Origin: an uncultured Rivularia sp.
GTDB lineage: Bacteria; Cyanobacteriota; Cyanobacteriia; Cyanobacteriales; Nostocaceae
Length of the DNA: 64,000 bases
NCBI GenBank assembly: GCA_963665115.1
Contig: OY762007.1
Coordinates: 1,856,001-1,920,000 of the forward strand
Reading direction: 5' to 3'
Under the pieces are notes generated by a model. It saw only the letters and a list, made by a program, of their open reading frames with translations. It was not told the DNA's origin and searched no databases. Both the position numbers and the translations under genes were made by a program. Shown one piece after another: positions 47,618 to 57,805 of this stretch; position 1 is the stretch's first letter, and each line of letters starts with the position of its first letter.

Positions 47618-48391
47618 ATGCAGGTATTTCGTTTACCAGTTCTTTCAGATAATTACATATTTCTGCTATACGACAATAAACAAAATATAGCTGCTGTAGT
47701 CGATCCAGCCCAAGCAAAACCTGTTTTAGATAAACTCCAGGAACTCAAAGCGGAATTAGTCGCAATCTTCAATACCCACCATCATTCCGATCATGTAGGT
47801 GGCAATCAAAAATTAATTGAAAAATTTCCACAATTGACAGTTTATGGTGGAAGCTCCGATAAAGGCAGAATTCCCGGACAACAAGTTTTTCTCGAAGATG
47901 GCGATCGCGTTTCTTTTTCCAATCGCACTGCTGATGTTTTGTTCGTTCCCGGACATACTCGCGCTCACATAGCTTATTATTTTCCTCCCGAAAATTCCGA
48001 AGAGACGGGTGAGCTATTCTGTGGAGATACTTTATTTGCTGGTGGCTGCGGTCGCTTGTTTGAAGGAACACCAGCACAGATGGTAAATTCCCTGAGTAAA
48101 ATCCGCGCTTTGCCCGACAATACGCGGGTTTGGTGCGCCCACGAATATACTTTAAATAATTTAAAATTCGCCGTCACGGTGGATGGTAAAAACCCTAAAC
48201 TTCAAAAGCGATTTGAGGAAGTTAAGGCACATCGCAGTCGGAATGAAGCTACCGTTCCATCGTTGTTAGGAGTAGAAAAACACACGAATCCATTTCTCAG
48301 ATGGGAAGACACTGCTTTACAGTCGGCTGCAAATAGTAGCGATTCGGTGCAAACTTTTGCGCGGATACGGGGGATGAAAGATACATTTTGA
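47618..48391 (+). CDS. gloB: Hydroxyacylglutathione hydrolase (glyoxalase II)
   Basis: THHHSDHVGG, PGHT, GDTLFAGGCGRLFEG, HEYT, NPFLR. Confidence 0.95.
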   Translation: MQVFRLPVLSDNYIFLLYDNKQNIAAVVDPAQAKPVLDKLQELKAELVAIFNTHHHSDHVGGNQKLIEKFPQLTVYGGSSDKGRIPGQQVFLEDGDRVSFSNRTADVLFVPGHTRAHIAYYFPPENSEETGELFCGDTLFAGGCGRLFEGTPAQMVNSLSKIRALPDNTRVWCAHEYTLNNLKFAVTVDGKNPKLQKRFEEVKAHRSRNEATVPSLLGVEKHTNPFLRWEDTALQSAANSSDSVQTFARIRGMKDTF

Positions 48392-48485
48392 ATGGGGATA
48401 GGGCATGGGGCATTGGGGATAGGGCATTGGGAAAATGATTCCTAACTTTTAAGTCCTAATTCCTAACTCATAACTATTCATCGCG

Positions 48486-49593
48486 TTATTCAATAAATCC
48501 CGTCTTCTTGAGCAACATTCGTAATTCTACATAAGGAAGTTGAGTATCCTTCTTATTATTTCCCCACATATCAGCAAAGAAGTCTTGCATCAGAGCAATT
48601 ATGCTCCGGTATTTGATGATACTGGTAACATAAAAATCATCTAACTTTATGTCTCCCTCGGTATGTATCTGCTTGATGTTGTCGAGCAATATAGATCCTA
48701 ATTGATAAGGTTTTAAACCTTCTGCTATGCCATATTTTTGCATGATATTATGCTTCTGGTTCTCCGAACATGAATCATACGACCATCGAATCAAGATACC
48801 AAGATTTCGCAGAACTTCTCCGCAGTCGTAAAATGTGTTCTGTTCAAAGAAAGGCTCTTCATATGAAGTCAACGAAAAACTCTTGTCAAGTACTAAACCA
48901 AAATCGGTTAAATATGTCTGTTCGCCGTCAGTAAGGACGTTGCGAAAATGCGCGTCAAAGTGGATGATTCCCTTCGTTCTTAAAAAGTCAATCGTCGTGC
49001 GTAAGTCATCTAGGGCTAGCTGAAGTTTGTTGGGGTTTTCTCGGAGCCATGTTTCTAGAATATACGGTATGTATTCTAGGAACAAAACCAATTCATAGTT
49101 GGCGATCGCTCTATCTAACACGTACTTTCCGGCGTTTTCACTATTACCCCAGTATTCCACGTAATCTTTGAGACGCGACCCTATCCACATCCACACGTTG
49201 CCCAGAGAACGGAACAATCCGATAATGGTACATCAATGGAAAGTTAGCAATCGCCCCTTCTAATACCCAGTTAGTTGTCTTGATATGAGTTACGAGTTCC
49301 CGGAACACCCCAAAACCAGTTGAACCAAAGCCGTAGTTACAGTAAGTCGGCAAATTATAGAGATTTTTGGTGGAAAACTGGTTCTCATACTCAATGTTTG
49401 TAACCGGAATACGTTTCACAAAAACCTTGGATTCCCCAAGCACGATGGTGTGATTCATTCCCCAACCCGTACTTGACTCATTTGAATAACTATTAGCAAA
49501 TAAACAGCGCAATTGTGCATTATCTAAATGAGCGATTTGCGAACTGAGCTTGAAGTACCTTTTCTTTCTAAGTTCTATATGGTTTTTAACCAT
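48486..49593 (-). CDS. Protein-kinase-like protein; +1 frameshift at 49179-49181, probably sequencing error
   Basis: VFVK in first frame, HFDAHFRN and DFG in second; removing one base joins them. Confidence 0.75.
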
Positions 49594-49679
49594 TTTTCTA
49601 TGTCACTGCAACAACGCCGGTTTTTCACTCTTTGAAATCAAATAATGCCTACAAAAACCGGATTATACTCTGCGCCATA

Positions 49680-49786
49680 TACAGCATATTTCATCTTTGT
49701 GAGTTACATTCGGACGGGCAGGGATGCCCATCCCACAAGAGTTTTGTAATATGAGACTGTACCTCACTTATTGGCAAAGTGCTGTA
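49680..49786. mobile_element. TA-flanked MITE
   Basis: TACAGCA...GTGAGTTACA / TGTACCTCAC...TGCTGTA imperfect ~29-bp TIRs. Confidence 0.7.
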
Positions 49787-49788
49787 AT

Positions 49789-50052
49789 TCATGATTGATA
49801 TGCTTCGCTACGATGAGCGATCGCTATAACAAATACCTTTACCAATTCATCGTCTACCGAATAGATTACCCTATAATTGCCGATTCGGTAGCGATAGTAC
49901 CCGGCATAATCTCCCTTAAGGACTTTAATATTTGGGTGTGAGCGGGGAGTTTGCTCTAGTTGCTCCAAACATCGAGCGATTTTCTTCCCTAAAGCTTTGT
50001 CAGCATTGACATAAACTTTTTGGGCATCGGGATGTAGCAGAACTTCATACAT
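49789..50052 (-). CDS. RelE/ParE family type II toxin
   Basis: 87 aa, LKG...YRYRIGNYRVIY...IAHR. Confidence 0.92.
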   Translation of the reverse strand: MYEVLLHPDAQKVYVNADKALGKKIARCLEQLEQTPRSHPNIKVLKGDYAGYYRYRIGNYRVIYSVDDELVKVFVIAIAHRSEAYQS

Positions 50053-50323
50053 CGGAGCGAAGATTTCTCCAGTTTGTGTAATCGGTTTTAGGAGTTGTTT
50101 GATTTTGTTTAACTCGCTCTAGTAATCCAGGAATTGCCAAAATTTCTTGAGTTGCAGCTTCGCTTTCAGCATTTGCCAAGTAAGCCGCAAAATCAGCAAG
50201 CACCTGCAACCGTTCTGGCGATAGTTGCTTAAGTAAGTCATTAAGTTGGCTCTGCAACTCTGTCACAGATATCATATCTGTTGATGATTTATCATCCATT
50301 GAGGAATCATCGGTGGTATTCAT
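50045..50323 (-). CDS. Cognate antitoxin (putative)
   Basis: Small acidic ORF upstream of and overlapping the toxin; EAATQEILAIPGL. Confidence 0.75.
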   Translation of the reverse strand: MNTTDDSSMDDKSSTDMISVTELQSQLNDLLKQLSPERLQVLADFAAYLANAESEAATQEILAIPGLLERVKQNQTTPKTDYTNWRNLRSDV

Positions 50324-50404
50324 TGCTTACTTGGTAATTTTCTAGGTTTTATGTCCATTGTAGGGCAACAAATAAAGAGGTAAATATTATCTACTGCTTG
50401 CACT

Positions 50405-50983
50405 TTACAGGACTAAACCTTGCCACAAAAATACAATTGTCTCTGAAATAGCATTCTCCGTATCAGTTTCTTGATGCGAACCGATATTTTCTGATAATGC
50501 CAAATTATGTAAATACGAAAGCAAAACGCTTGCAGCAGTTGCAACGTTATCTTTACGAATCCTTCCCAAATCTGCTTCTGCATTCAAATATTCTGTAAGT
50601 TTATTACCAAGTTGAATCGCAGGCATGGTATGGCGTTGCAGAAAAGTTTGCATATCGAAGGATGGATGGCTGATCAGCGTTAAAAAAATTGGCATCACTT
50701 CGCGGAAGTAGTCAACAATCTGCAAGCTGATTGATTTCAAGTTTTCATTTACCTGTTTCTCTCCAGGCTTCACGCAGAATATAACCTCAAGTTGGGCTTC
50801 TGGAGGTACCATTGCAGCAAAAAACAGGTCTTCTTTTGTGCCAAATCGCTGGAAAATCACTGCTTCAGAAATACCAACTGCTTTAGCAATAGTCTTTGTC
50901 GAAGCTTTCACCCCCTGCTTGAGAAAGTGCGATCGCGCTACGTTCAAAATCTCTTCATCTGCAATCGTTTTATTGCGAGGCAT
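50405..50983 (-). CDS. TetR/AcrR family regulator
   Basis: HTH ILNVARSHF...IAKAVGISEAVIFQRFGTKEDL. Confidence 0.93.
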   Translation of the reverse strand: MPRNKTIADEEILNVARSHFLKQGVKASTKTIAKAVGISEAVIFQRFGTKEDLFFAAMVPPEAQLEVIFCVKPGEKQVNENLKSISLQIVDYFREVMPIFLTLISHPSFDMQTFLQRHTMPAIQLGNKLTEYLNAEADLGRIRKDNVATAASVLLSYLHNLALSENIGSHQETDTENAISETIVFLWQGLVL

Positions 50984-51003
50984 TCTTTTTTACTTTAACT
51001 TTC

Positions 51004-51447
51004 TCACAAAATAATGCCGTGTTCTCGACGAATTTCCAGCAAAGACATTTCCTTAAGTTGGGACAATTCTTCGATAGCTAACTTCTTTTTCATCCGCAAG
51101 CTTTTGGAAATAATACCAATGATGCGCGGAAGGCTGGTAAACCAAATACCCAACAACTTAAAATGCCCAATTTTAGACAAAACACTTTTATGCTCAATAC
51201 TTGCAACTGCACGATGCATTTCACTGATGTTCGCTGTTGTTGCAAAAAGCATCCATAGATGTGCGGCAATTTCCTCTCGAATAGAAGTACCACAGTTAAA
51301 CAACACGTGTACGGCATCATGTTGTTCCAATGCTTGGGTTACTTCTGCAGACATTTTGTTTGTCATATCGTCATGCTCCAAGCTACGCAATTTTTGAATT
51401 GCCTCACCCAAGGTAGTTGAAGCATCGCAATCCAAATGTTGATTCAT
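51004..51447 (-). CDS. Coq4-like metal-binding protein
   Basis: HDAVH-x10/11-E motif; C-terminal LLEIRREHGI. Confidence 0.55.
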   Translation of the reverse strand: MNQHLDCDASTTLGEAIQKLRSLEHDDMTNKMSAEVTQALEQHDAVHVLFNCGTSIREEIAAHLWMLFATTANISEMHRAVASIEHKSVLSKIGHFKLLGIWFTSLPRIIGIISKSLRMKKKLAIEELSQLKEMSLLEIRREHGIIL

Positions 51448-51461
51448 GGGAATGCCTTTAT

Positions 51462-51516
51462 ATAAGTAAGTGCTTGCTCATTTAGCATAGCATTAATAAG
51501 TAGGCGCTTACTTATT
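51462..51516 (-). promoter_or_regulatory. Two palindromic operators flanking an extended -10 box (probable TetR sites)
   Basis: ATAAGTAAGTGCTTGCTCAT (51462-51481) and AATAAGTAGGCGCTTACTTATT (51495-51516); minus-strand TGcTATGCT between them. Confidence 0.7.
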
Positions 51517-51741
51517 TTGCTCGAATTAGCTGTTAGATTACGACTTCTTAGTTTCTTTTTGCATAAAACCTTCAAAGTACTCTACTTCACCACATAAGTT
51601 ATAAGGGGTTCAGGGAGTGCGAGCCGGAAAGCTCGCTGGTTTTCACGAGGGAGCGAGACGCTCCCACTACATTTTGATTACCCAATAAAACTAATGTGCA
51701 GCAATACTATTTATGTTGATTTTTTAAGATGCAGCTAACTG

Positions 51742-52858
51742 TCAATTCCTCTGATATCGCATTCCTGGAAGCTGGCTTACTAAACCCATTAATTCCAACT
51801 GTAATAAAGCACTGGAAACTTCTGATGCTGGCATTTTGGTTTGTTGAATTATAAAATCAAAGGGCAAAGATTCTGAAGAAATTGCTTTCATTACTTGGTG
51901 TAATTCTGCTGGTAAATCTGGTAACGGCTTTTCTATATCAGGTGTCAAATTTTCTACATGAACTTGAGGAATTGCACCTAACATTTTTAATAATTCGTCC
52001 AACTCTTTGAGAATAGGAGTAGCACCTTGAGAAACTAATTTTAAGCATCCTTGGGAAGAAAAATCATCGAGTCTTCCCGGCAATGCGTAAACATCTCTAC
52101 CAAATTCGTTTGCGTAGTCGGCGGTAATCAAAGCACCGGATTTTTGAGGAGCTTCCATAACTAAGACAGCGCGAGACAAACCCGCAATAATTCGATTGCG
52201 CCGGGGAAAGTGAGTGCGATGAGGTTGAGTTTTTGTGGGATATTCGCTGACAACGAAACCTTGATTCAAAATATGCTCGTATAGTTTGCGATTTTTTGCG
52301 GGATAAACTACATCTACACCCGTACCCAAAGCGGCGATAGTACGTCCTCCGGCTTTAATTGCAGCTGAATGTGAAGCGGTATCGATTCCTTCTGCTAAAC
52401 CAGAAACTACCGTAAAACCATTTTGTACCAAAGCGGTACTAATGCGGCGCGTCCAGCGGATTCCGTACTCTGTGGGTTGGCGCGTCCCTACTATGGCAAC
52501 GAGGGGTTTTTGTGCCAAATTTTCAGCCTTATCCACCTTGCCACAATAGTAAAGTACGGCTGGAGGGCTGGGAATTTCCAGCAATAAGCGCGGATAGTCT
52601 GCATCTGCGGGAGTCCAGAAATTGGGGTTTTCTTGTTCGTGCTGTTTCAAGAACTGTTCTGGATTTATTTGGGAACGTTGTTTAGTTATCTTTTGCAAAG
52701 TTTGAAAACCAAAACCTTCAACCTCTCCCAATTGCGAAGAATTTGCTTCCCAAGCAGTTTTCGGCGAACCAAAATGTTGGTAGAGTCTTTGCAGTAAAAC
52801 TGGCCCCAACCCCCGAAACCCGCGACCAAGCCAACCAGTACGCACGTTCTTCTGTCAA
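51742..52858 (-). CDS. dprA: DNA-processing protein DprA; +1 frameshift at 52804-52807, probably sequencing error
   Basis: TTG start with GAGGA RBS gives MTEERAYWLAWSRVSGVGP; AIVGTR, VSGLAEGID, FPRRNRII, SGALITA. Confidence 0.95.
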
Positions 52859-53059
52859 TTTTCTATCCTCAACCCTACTGGTTTAGTATTCCCAGAAAGA
52901 CAATGAACAATTATCAATTATCAATTATCAATTGGGGAGATGCGGAGATGGGGAGAGCGGGAGAGCGGGAGAGCGGGAGAGTTAGGAATTAGAAATTAGT
53001 GAATAAAACTTCTACCCCCTCTTCTCAATGCCCAATCCCCAATGCCCCATGCCCAATTC

Positions 53060-53713
53060 TTAACCTTTAACCTTTAACTTTTGACCTTTTAGATATTCAA
53101 ATACTGATTTATCTCCAATATCGGGGGGAATTGCTTGTATGGTTTTACGAATTGCAAAAACTAAAAAAAATACTGCCCAAACTACTAATAAAACTTTTTC
53201 TACTTCTAGGGGAAGAATCTTTGTCATGTGTCCTAAAAGTAACAACGGAACTATGGGAGTTAATAGTTTGGTTTCTAATCGATTGAAACAAAAAGCTTCT
53301 TTAAAATAAATACCTGTTAAAGCTGCAAAGGTAAAGCCAATTCCTAATATAGTTAGGGGATAATTGTAAATTGTTTCTGCTAGGGTTTGGGTGTTAGAGA
53401 AAGCAAAAACAATTGCGGAAATACTGCCAATTGCCCAAAAAACTTGTAATAGTCTGTGCAACTCTACCATGTAGATATGAATGCTTAACAAGCTGACTCC
53501 AAGAGCAAGACTAAAACCAGCGTACAAGAATGTGATTAATTGTAAGTTGGGATTATCGCGAAATACCAAGGCTGTACCAATAGCAAAACAAAGTGCGGCG
53601 ATCGCCAATCCCGCACGGTAGATAATTACGCCCAATCGGTCATCTTTAGTAATCGTAAATTCGCCAAATTGACCTTGATAGCTTTCTGGCATCGGTGCTG
53701 TTTGTGTTGTCAT
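53060..53713 (-). CDS. DUF2301 integral membrane protein
   Basis: YQGQFGEFTIT, IHIY, KEAFCF, DIGDKSVF. Confidence 0.8.
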   Translation of the reverse strand: MTTQTAPMPESYQGQFGEFTITKDDRLGVIIYRAGLAIAALCFAIGTALVFRDNPNLQLITFLYAGFSLALGVSLLSIHIYMVELHRLLQVFWAIGSISAIVFAFSNTQTLAETIYNYPLTILGIGFTFAALTGIYFKEAFCFNRLETKLLTPIVPLLLLGHMTKILPLEVEKVLLVVWAVFFLVFAIRKTIQAIPPDIGDKSVFEYLKGQKLKVKG

Positions 53714-54003
53714 ATTTATAATAATCCTGTTTGATTTTTTAAATTATTCGTTTAGATGGTGCATAGCGCATTGGGAATAGGGCATTAGAAATAAATAGCG
53801 CAGGCTAAGCTTAAAAACAGTGGGGTTCTTATGTAGTTATTTGATTTATTAGAATAATTACATTTTGATATATCTATGCTGCGGCTGCTACCGCATTAAA
53901 TATGAATTTACATATTTTAGCTATTTGTAATTATTGACTTTTCCAAACGATTTTTAGCTAAACCCCAATGTCTAATTCCCAATCCCCAATGCCCAATTAC
54001 CAA

Positions 54004-56340
54004 TTACCTATTTCCAATTAACAAATAAGTAGTCATCACACCTCTTCCTTTAACAGAAATTTCTCCGCGTTTTTCTAAGATAAACTCATCTCGCAATCTG
54101 TTGTAAGTTTCAACAGTAACTTGAATTTTTCCAGGTAAACCGTGAGATTCCATTCTGCTGGCGATATTTACCGTATTACCCCATAAATCGTAAGAAAATT
54201 TTTGCAGCCCAATTACTCCGGCGACTACTGAACCAGTATGAATGCCAATGCGAATACTCAAGTCTAAATTATTTCTTTTGTTAAAAATCGTAATAGCATT
54301 TTGCATTTCTAATGCCATCGAAGCAATAGCTTGAGGGTGATTTGAACTTCGGGTAGGTAAACCACCAACAACCATATAAGCATCACCGATGGTTTTGATT
54401 TTCTCTAAACCATATTTTAACGAAAGACGGTCAAATACTGAAAAAATTTGATTTAACAAGTTCACCAAGGTTGTAGCGCTTACTGAAGTGGCGATTTGAG
54501 TAAAGCCGACAATATCCGCAAATAAAACCGTTACATCGTCGAAATCCTCCGCGATAGTACCCGGTTCCTGCTTTAAACGATTGGCAATGCTAGCTGGTAA
54601 AATGTTGAGTAACAAACGTTCGGTTTGTTCTTGCTGGTGACATAATGCTTTCTCAGCGGAGATCCTAGCAGTAACATCGCGAAAAATGGCGCGTGCAGCG
54701 ATGGGTTTTCCTTCGACAAATTTACAGTTAAGGTTTCCTTCGAGAAAGATCGTTCGCCCATCTTTAGTTATAAACGCAGCTTGAAGCTGTTCAAAATTAC
54801 CGCTTGACATAACGCGATAAAAAACATCTCGACAGCGGATTCTAAAATCTGGATGTACAATATCAAATACGCTTATTTTCTCAAGATCGGCTTCGCTATA
54901 TCCTAAAGTTTCTTGCCAAGCATGATTAATATATAAAAATCTTCCGTAAGGGTTAACTGACTGAATCAAATCGTTGGCATTTTCAAATAAATCGCGGTAT
55001 CTTTCTTCACTTTCTAATAGTGCTGACTCTGCTTGTTTTCTTTGTAGAAATTGCGCTATTTGACTGCCGATTGAAACCATCATTTGCAGCAAGTCTTCGT
55101 CTTTAAACAACACCTCTCGGCAAAAGAAAATCATTACTCCCAAAATTTTATTATCGTTCAAAATAGGGAAGCCGAAGCCTGCGTGTAATTGGGTTTCTTC
55201 TACCTGCTTGAATCGCGGACAAACACGGTCGTTTACCATATCTTCGCACCACAAGGGAGAAAGAGTTTCCCAAATTTTCCCGGCTAAACCAACTCCAGGA
55301 GTTAAAGTTGTTAGCCAAGTAATCGCTTCAAACTCTGGCACATCAATCCTTCGAGATGACCACATTTCGACACATCTTAAAACAGGATTGCTCGAAAATT
55401 TCTGGTTTACAGCGAGGTATTGACTGGGAGTCCACAATTCTCCTAAATCCCATCCCAAACTTTCACAAATTGCCTGCAAAATTTGCGGCATCGCTTCTTT
55501 AACAGTAATCGATTCCGACAAGATATTAGTAATTGCATATTGGGCGCTTTTACGACGTTGACGGCGTTTTTTAGCGGTAATATCTCGACCAATATAAACA
55601 ATATCTTCTACACCATTAATTTTCTTGCTAATTACCGAGCAAGAAAAAGCAATCAATTTTCTTTCTCTTGATTTTGTTCGACATACAACTTCTACATTTT
55701 GGAAATATTTTTTGTATAAAGAACGTTGTTGGATCGCTTTTTGCAATAATTTATTATCAGCGATAATTAAAGAAATTTGTCTATCAATTAATTCTTCTTC
55801 TGTATAACCTAATAACTCTACCGTTGCTTTATTTATTCTTTTAATTATCCCCGTTTTTGTCGTCACGATTAACGCATCCGCCATTGAAGCGATCACTTTA
55901 TCTAAATAATTTTTATACGCAACTAAAGTACTTGAGAGCAAATTCGTTTCATTGACTCTCTGGTTTAACTTTTGCTCTAGGAGCATTCTACCGGTTACGT
56001 CTTCAATTAAAACGATTAATCTATTTTCAATCGGTTCGCCGACAATATATATATCTATATAAAAATCGCCTTTATCTTGATTGAAACGGTAAATACCTTC
56101 TAATTCAAATAATTCCTGTTTTCCTTCTAATATAGATGTCATTACATCTTCAAGTCCGACAAATTCTGGGAACCCAAGACGGACATCTTTCTGTAAATTT
56201 ACCTCTTGAGGATAATAAGCAAAACGCTGCACCTGCTTGGATATATGTAAGATAGAAAAGTTTCTATCCAACTCCAAGCTTTCAAACTTACGTGGTGCAT
56301 TGTGTTTATTAAAAATTTTCTCTAACACATGATATTTCAT
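54004..56340 (-). CDS. Class III adenylate cyclase, PAS-GAF-PAS-CYC
   Basis: FADIVGFT, KIKTIGDAYM, YDLWGNTVNIASRME (Lys/Asp ATP-specifying residues). Confidence 0.92.
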   Translation of the reverse strand: MKYHVLEKIFNKHNAPRKFESLELDRNFSILHISKQVQRFAYYPQEVNLQKDVRLGFPEFVGLEDVMTSILEGKQELFELEGIYRFNQDKGDFYIDIYIVGEPIENRLIVLIEDVTGRMLLEQKLNQRVNETNLLSSTLVAYKNYLDKVIASMADALIVTTKTGIIKRINKATVELLGYTEEELIDRQISLIIADNKLLQKAIQQRSLYKKYFQNVEVVCRTKSRERKLIAFSCSVISKKINGVEDIVYIGRDITAKKRRQRRKSAQYAITNILSESITVKEAMPQILQAICESLGWDLGELWTPSQYLAVNQKFSSNPVLRCVEMWSSRRIDVPEFEAITWLTTLTPGVGLAGKIWETLSPLWCEDMVNDRVCPRFKQVEETQLHAGFGFPILNDNKILGVMIFFCREVLFKDEDLLQMMVSIGSQIAQFLQRKQAESALLESEERYRDLFENANDLIQSVNPYGRFLYINHAWQETLGYSEADLEKISVFDIVHPDFRIRCRDVFYRVMSSGNFEQLQAAFITKDGRTIFLEGNLNCKFVEGKPIAARAIFRDVTARISAEKALCHQQEQTERLLLNILPASIANRLKQEPGTIAEDFDDVTVLFADIVGFTQIATSVSATTLVNLLNQIFSVFDRLSLKYGLEKIKTIGDAYMVVGGLPTRSSNHPQAIASMALEMQNAITIFNKRNNLDLSIRIGIHTGSVVAGVIGLQKFSYDLWGNTVNIASRMESHGLPGKIQVTVETYNRLRDEFILEKRGEISVKGRGVMTTYLLIGNR

Positions 56341-57139
56341 CGTGGCGCTTTAAAATAATTAAAAAGGAGAAACGAATTAAAAAAAAATAAAATTAAAACT
56401 ACAATTACAATTTAAATTTAAATCAAATAAAACAGTAATTTGAATTTCATTCCTTGTTATCGTCTTCCTACTCTTAACTTTTCAGTTAGATGTAGGCACC
56501 ACTGATAATTGTATATGTACAAGATATATTACAGATCACCCTGAAATTAAAATTAGAATTGACTATTTTATTTAAAATATCGATACAATCAATAATTCGG
56601 GTTCTAGTGATTCTGGCTTGATTGACAACTGGTAGATATACTATCGTAGTAAAAATATGGGTCAAAACGCCCAATTTTATTAAGTACCCTTTTAAATGTT
56701 ACCGCAAACAGGAATTACTGTTCCTCAAATATATTTTACAATAGCTTTAGTTAAAACCATTATAATAGTCTTAAAACGTTAGGGAACAGCGAATCTAGCC
56801 ATAAGTTATACTGTATTATAAGAATCTATCGTAGCAGTGTGTCAGTGAAAAATATGTAATATATTTATCTATACTTACGTATAACGAAAAAAAGTAGTTA
56901 GAACTTACGCAAAAATAACCGGCGTTGTGCAATGTTTAGTTATGTCTATATACTTAATAACTGCTTAAAGCCCTACACTTAATGAACTTTATCGCTCATC
57001 GCAGGTAAAAAACATCACCTATATTAAATATAAATTTAATTGAGAATTACAAGTGAGTATTCATAAGTGTAAGTTCGTAGTAAGAGCTAATCGCCTTGTG
57101 AGAAGGGCTGAAGCCCTCACTACAGACTTTATAATGACT

Positions 57140-57585
57140 ATGGCGATCGCCTTGTTGTTACCTTTAAAGCTGCGGGCAGAAGCTAGCAATGCTAATGGTA
57201 TTGAGAATAAACCAGAACCCAGTTGGAGTTTGTGGCGCACGCGAGATGAAGCTAAAGAAGCAGATTTTGATTCCGGTTTCTCTAATTTTGAATTAGGAGG
57301 ATATAGCATTTCCCAGTCTCCGCAAGGTATATCTCAAAACCTCACCCCCAACCCCCTAATATGCGTAGAGGGGAAATAAAGCACAGCTTTATCGGGGTGA
57401 GGTAATCGCTGTACCTCATCTGCCTAATAAAGGCTATATTTAGACTTTGAATATGCTTGTAAAACATCTTCTGGGCTTCCGGAATCTGAAATTAAATATT
57501 GGTTTAGATTAAGTGATAGAGTAAATCGGATTGATACGGGTAAAGTAGAATTCGGTTGTGGGAATGAAAAGCATTTTTTACATAC
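57140..57585 (+). pseudogene. Hypothetical exported-protein gene interrupted by a MITE
   Basis: Removing 57304-57438 gives a continuous frame ...FELGG-Y-LDFEYACKTSSGLPESEIKYWFRL... Confidence 0.6.
57302..57438. mobile_element. MITE with TA target-site duplication
   Basis: TA-TAGCATTT...AAAGGCTA-TA; internal CCTCACCCC...GGGGTGAGG palindrome; right end resembles the MITE at 49680. Confidence 0.8.
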
Positions 57586-57589
57586 TTAT

Positions 57590-57692
57590 ACTAGCTTCAG
57601 AGATGTTAGAGCGAGGAATTGACAAACAAGATATTGTGTTCGGGTTTCATTCTGCTTTTAAGAGACAATTTACATAATTTGCTGTTGGATAA
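57590..57692 (+). pseudogene. XisI C-terminal remnant
   Basis: LASEMLERGIDKQDIVFGFHSAFKRQFT*FAVG* matches the XisI C-terminus. Confidence 0.75.
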
Positions 57693-57805
57693 TTTAGGAT
57701 TTACCAATTAGTAATTTGCAATTTGAAACAGATAATACAATTTTTCAAACTAATCTACTCGCAAAGCAAGATAAACTAAGATGTGAATCAACGATTTGAT
57801 TTTTA

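Noticed and set aside
57590..57692. Heterocyst excision element
   Set aside because: Only a short XisI tail with a stop; no xisH, recombinase or interrupted nif/fdxN/hup gene.
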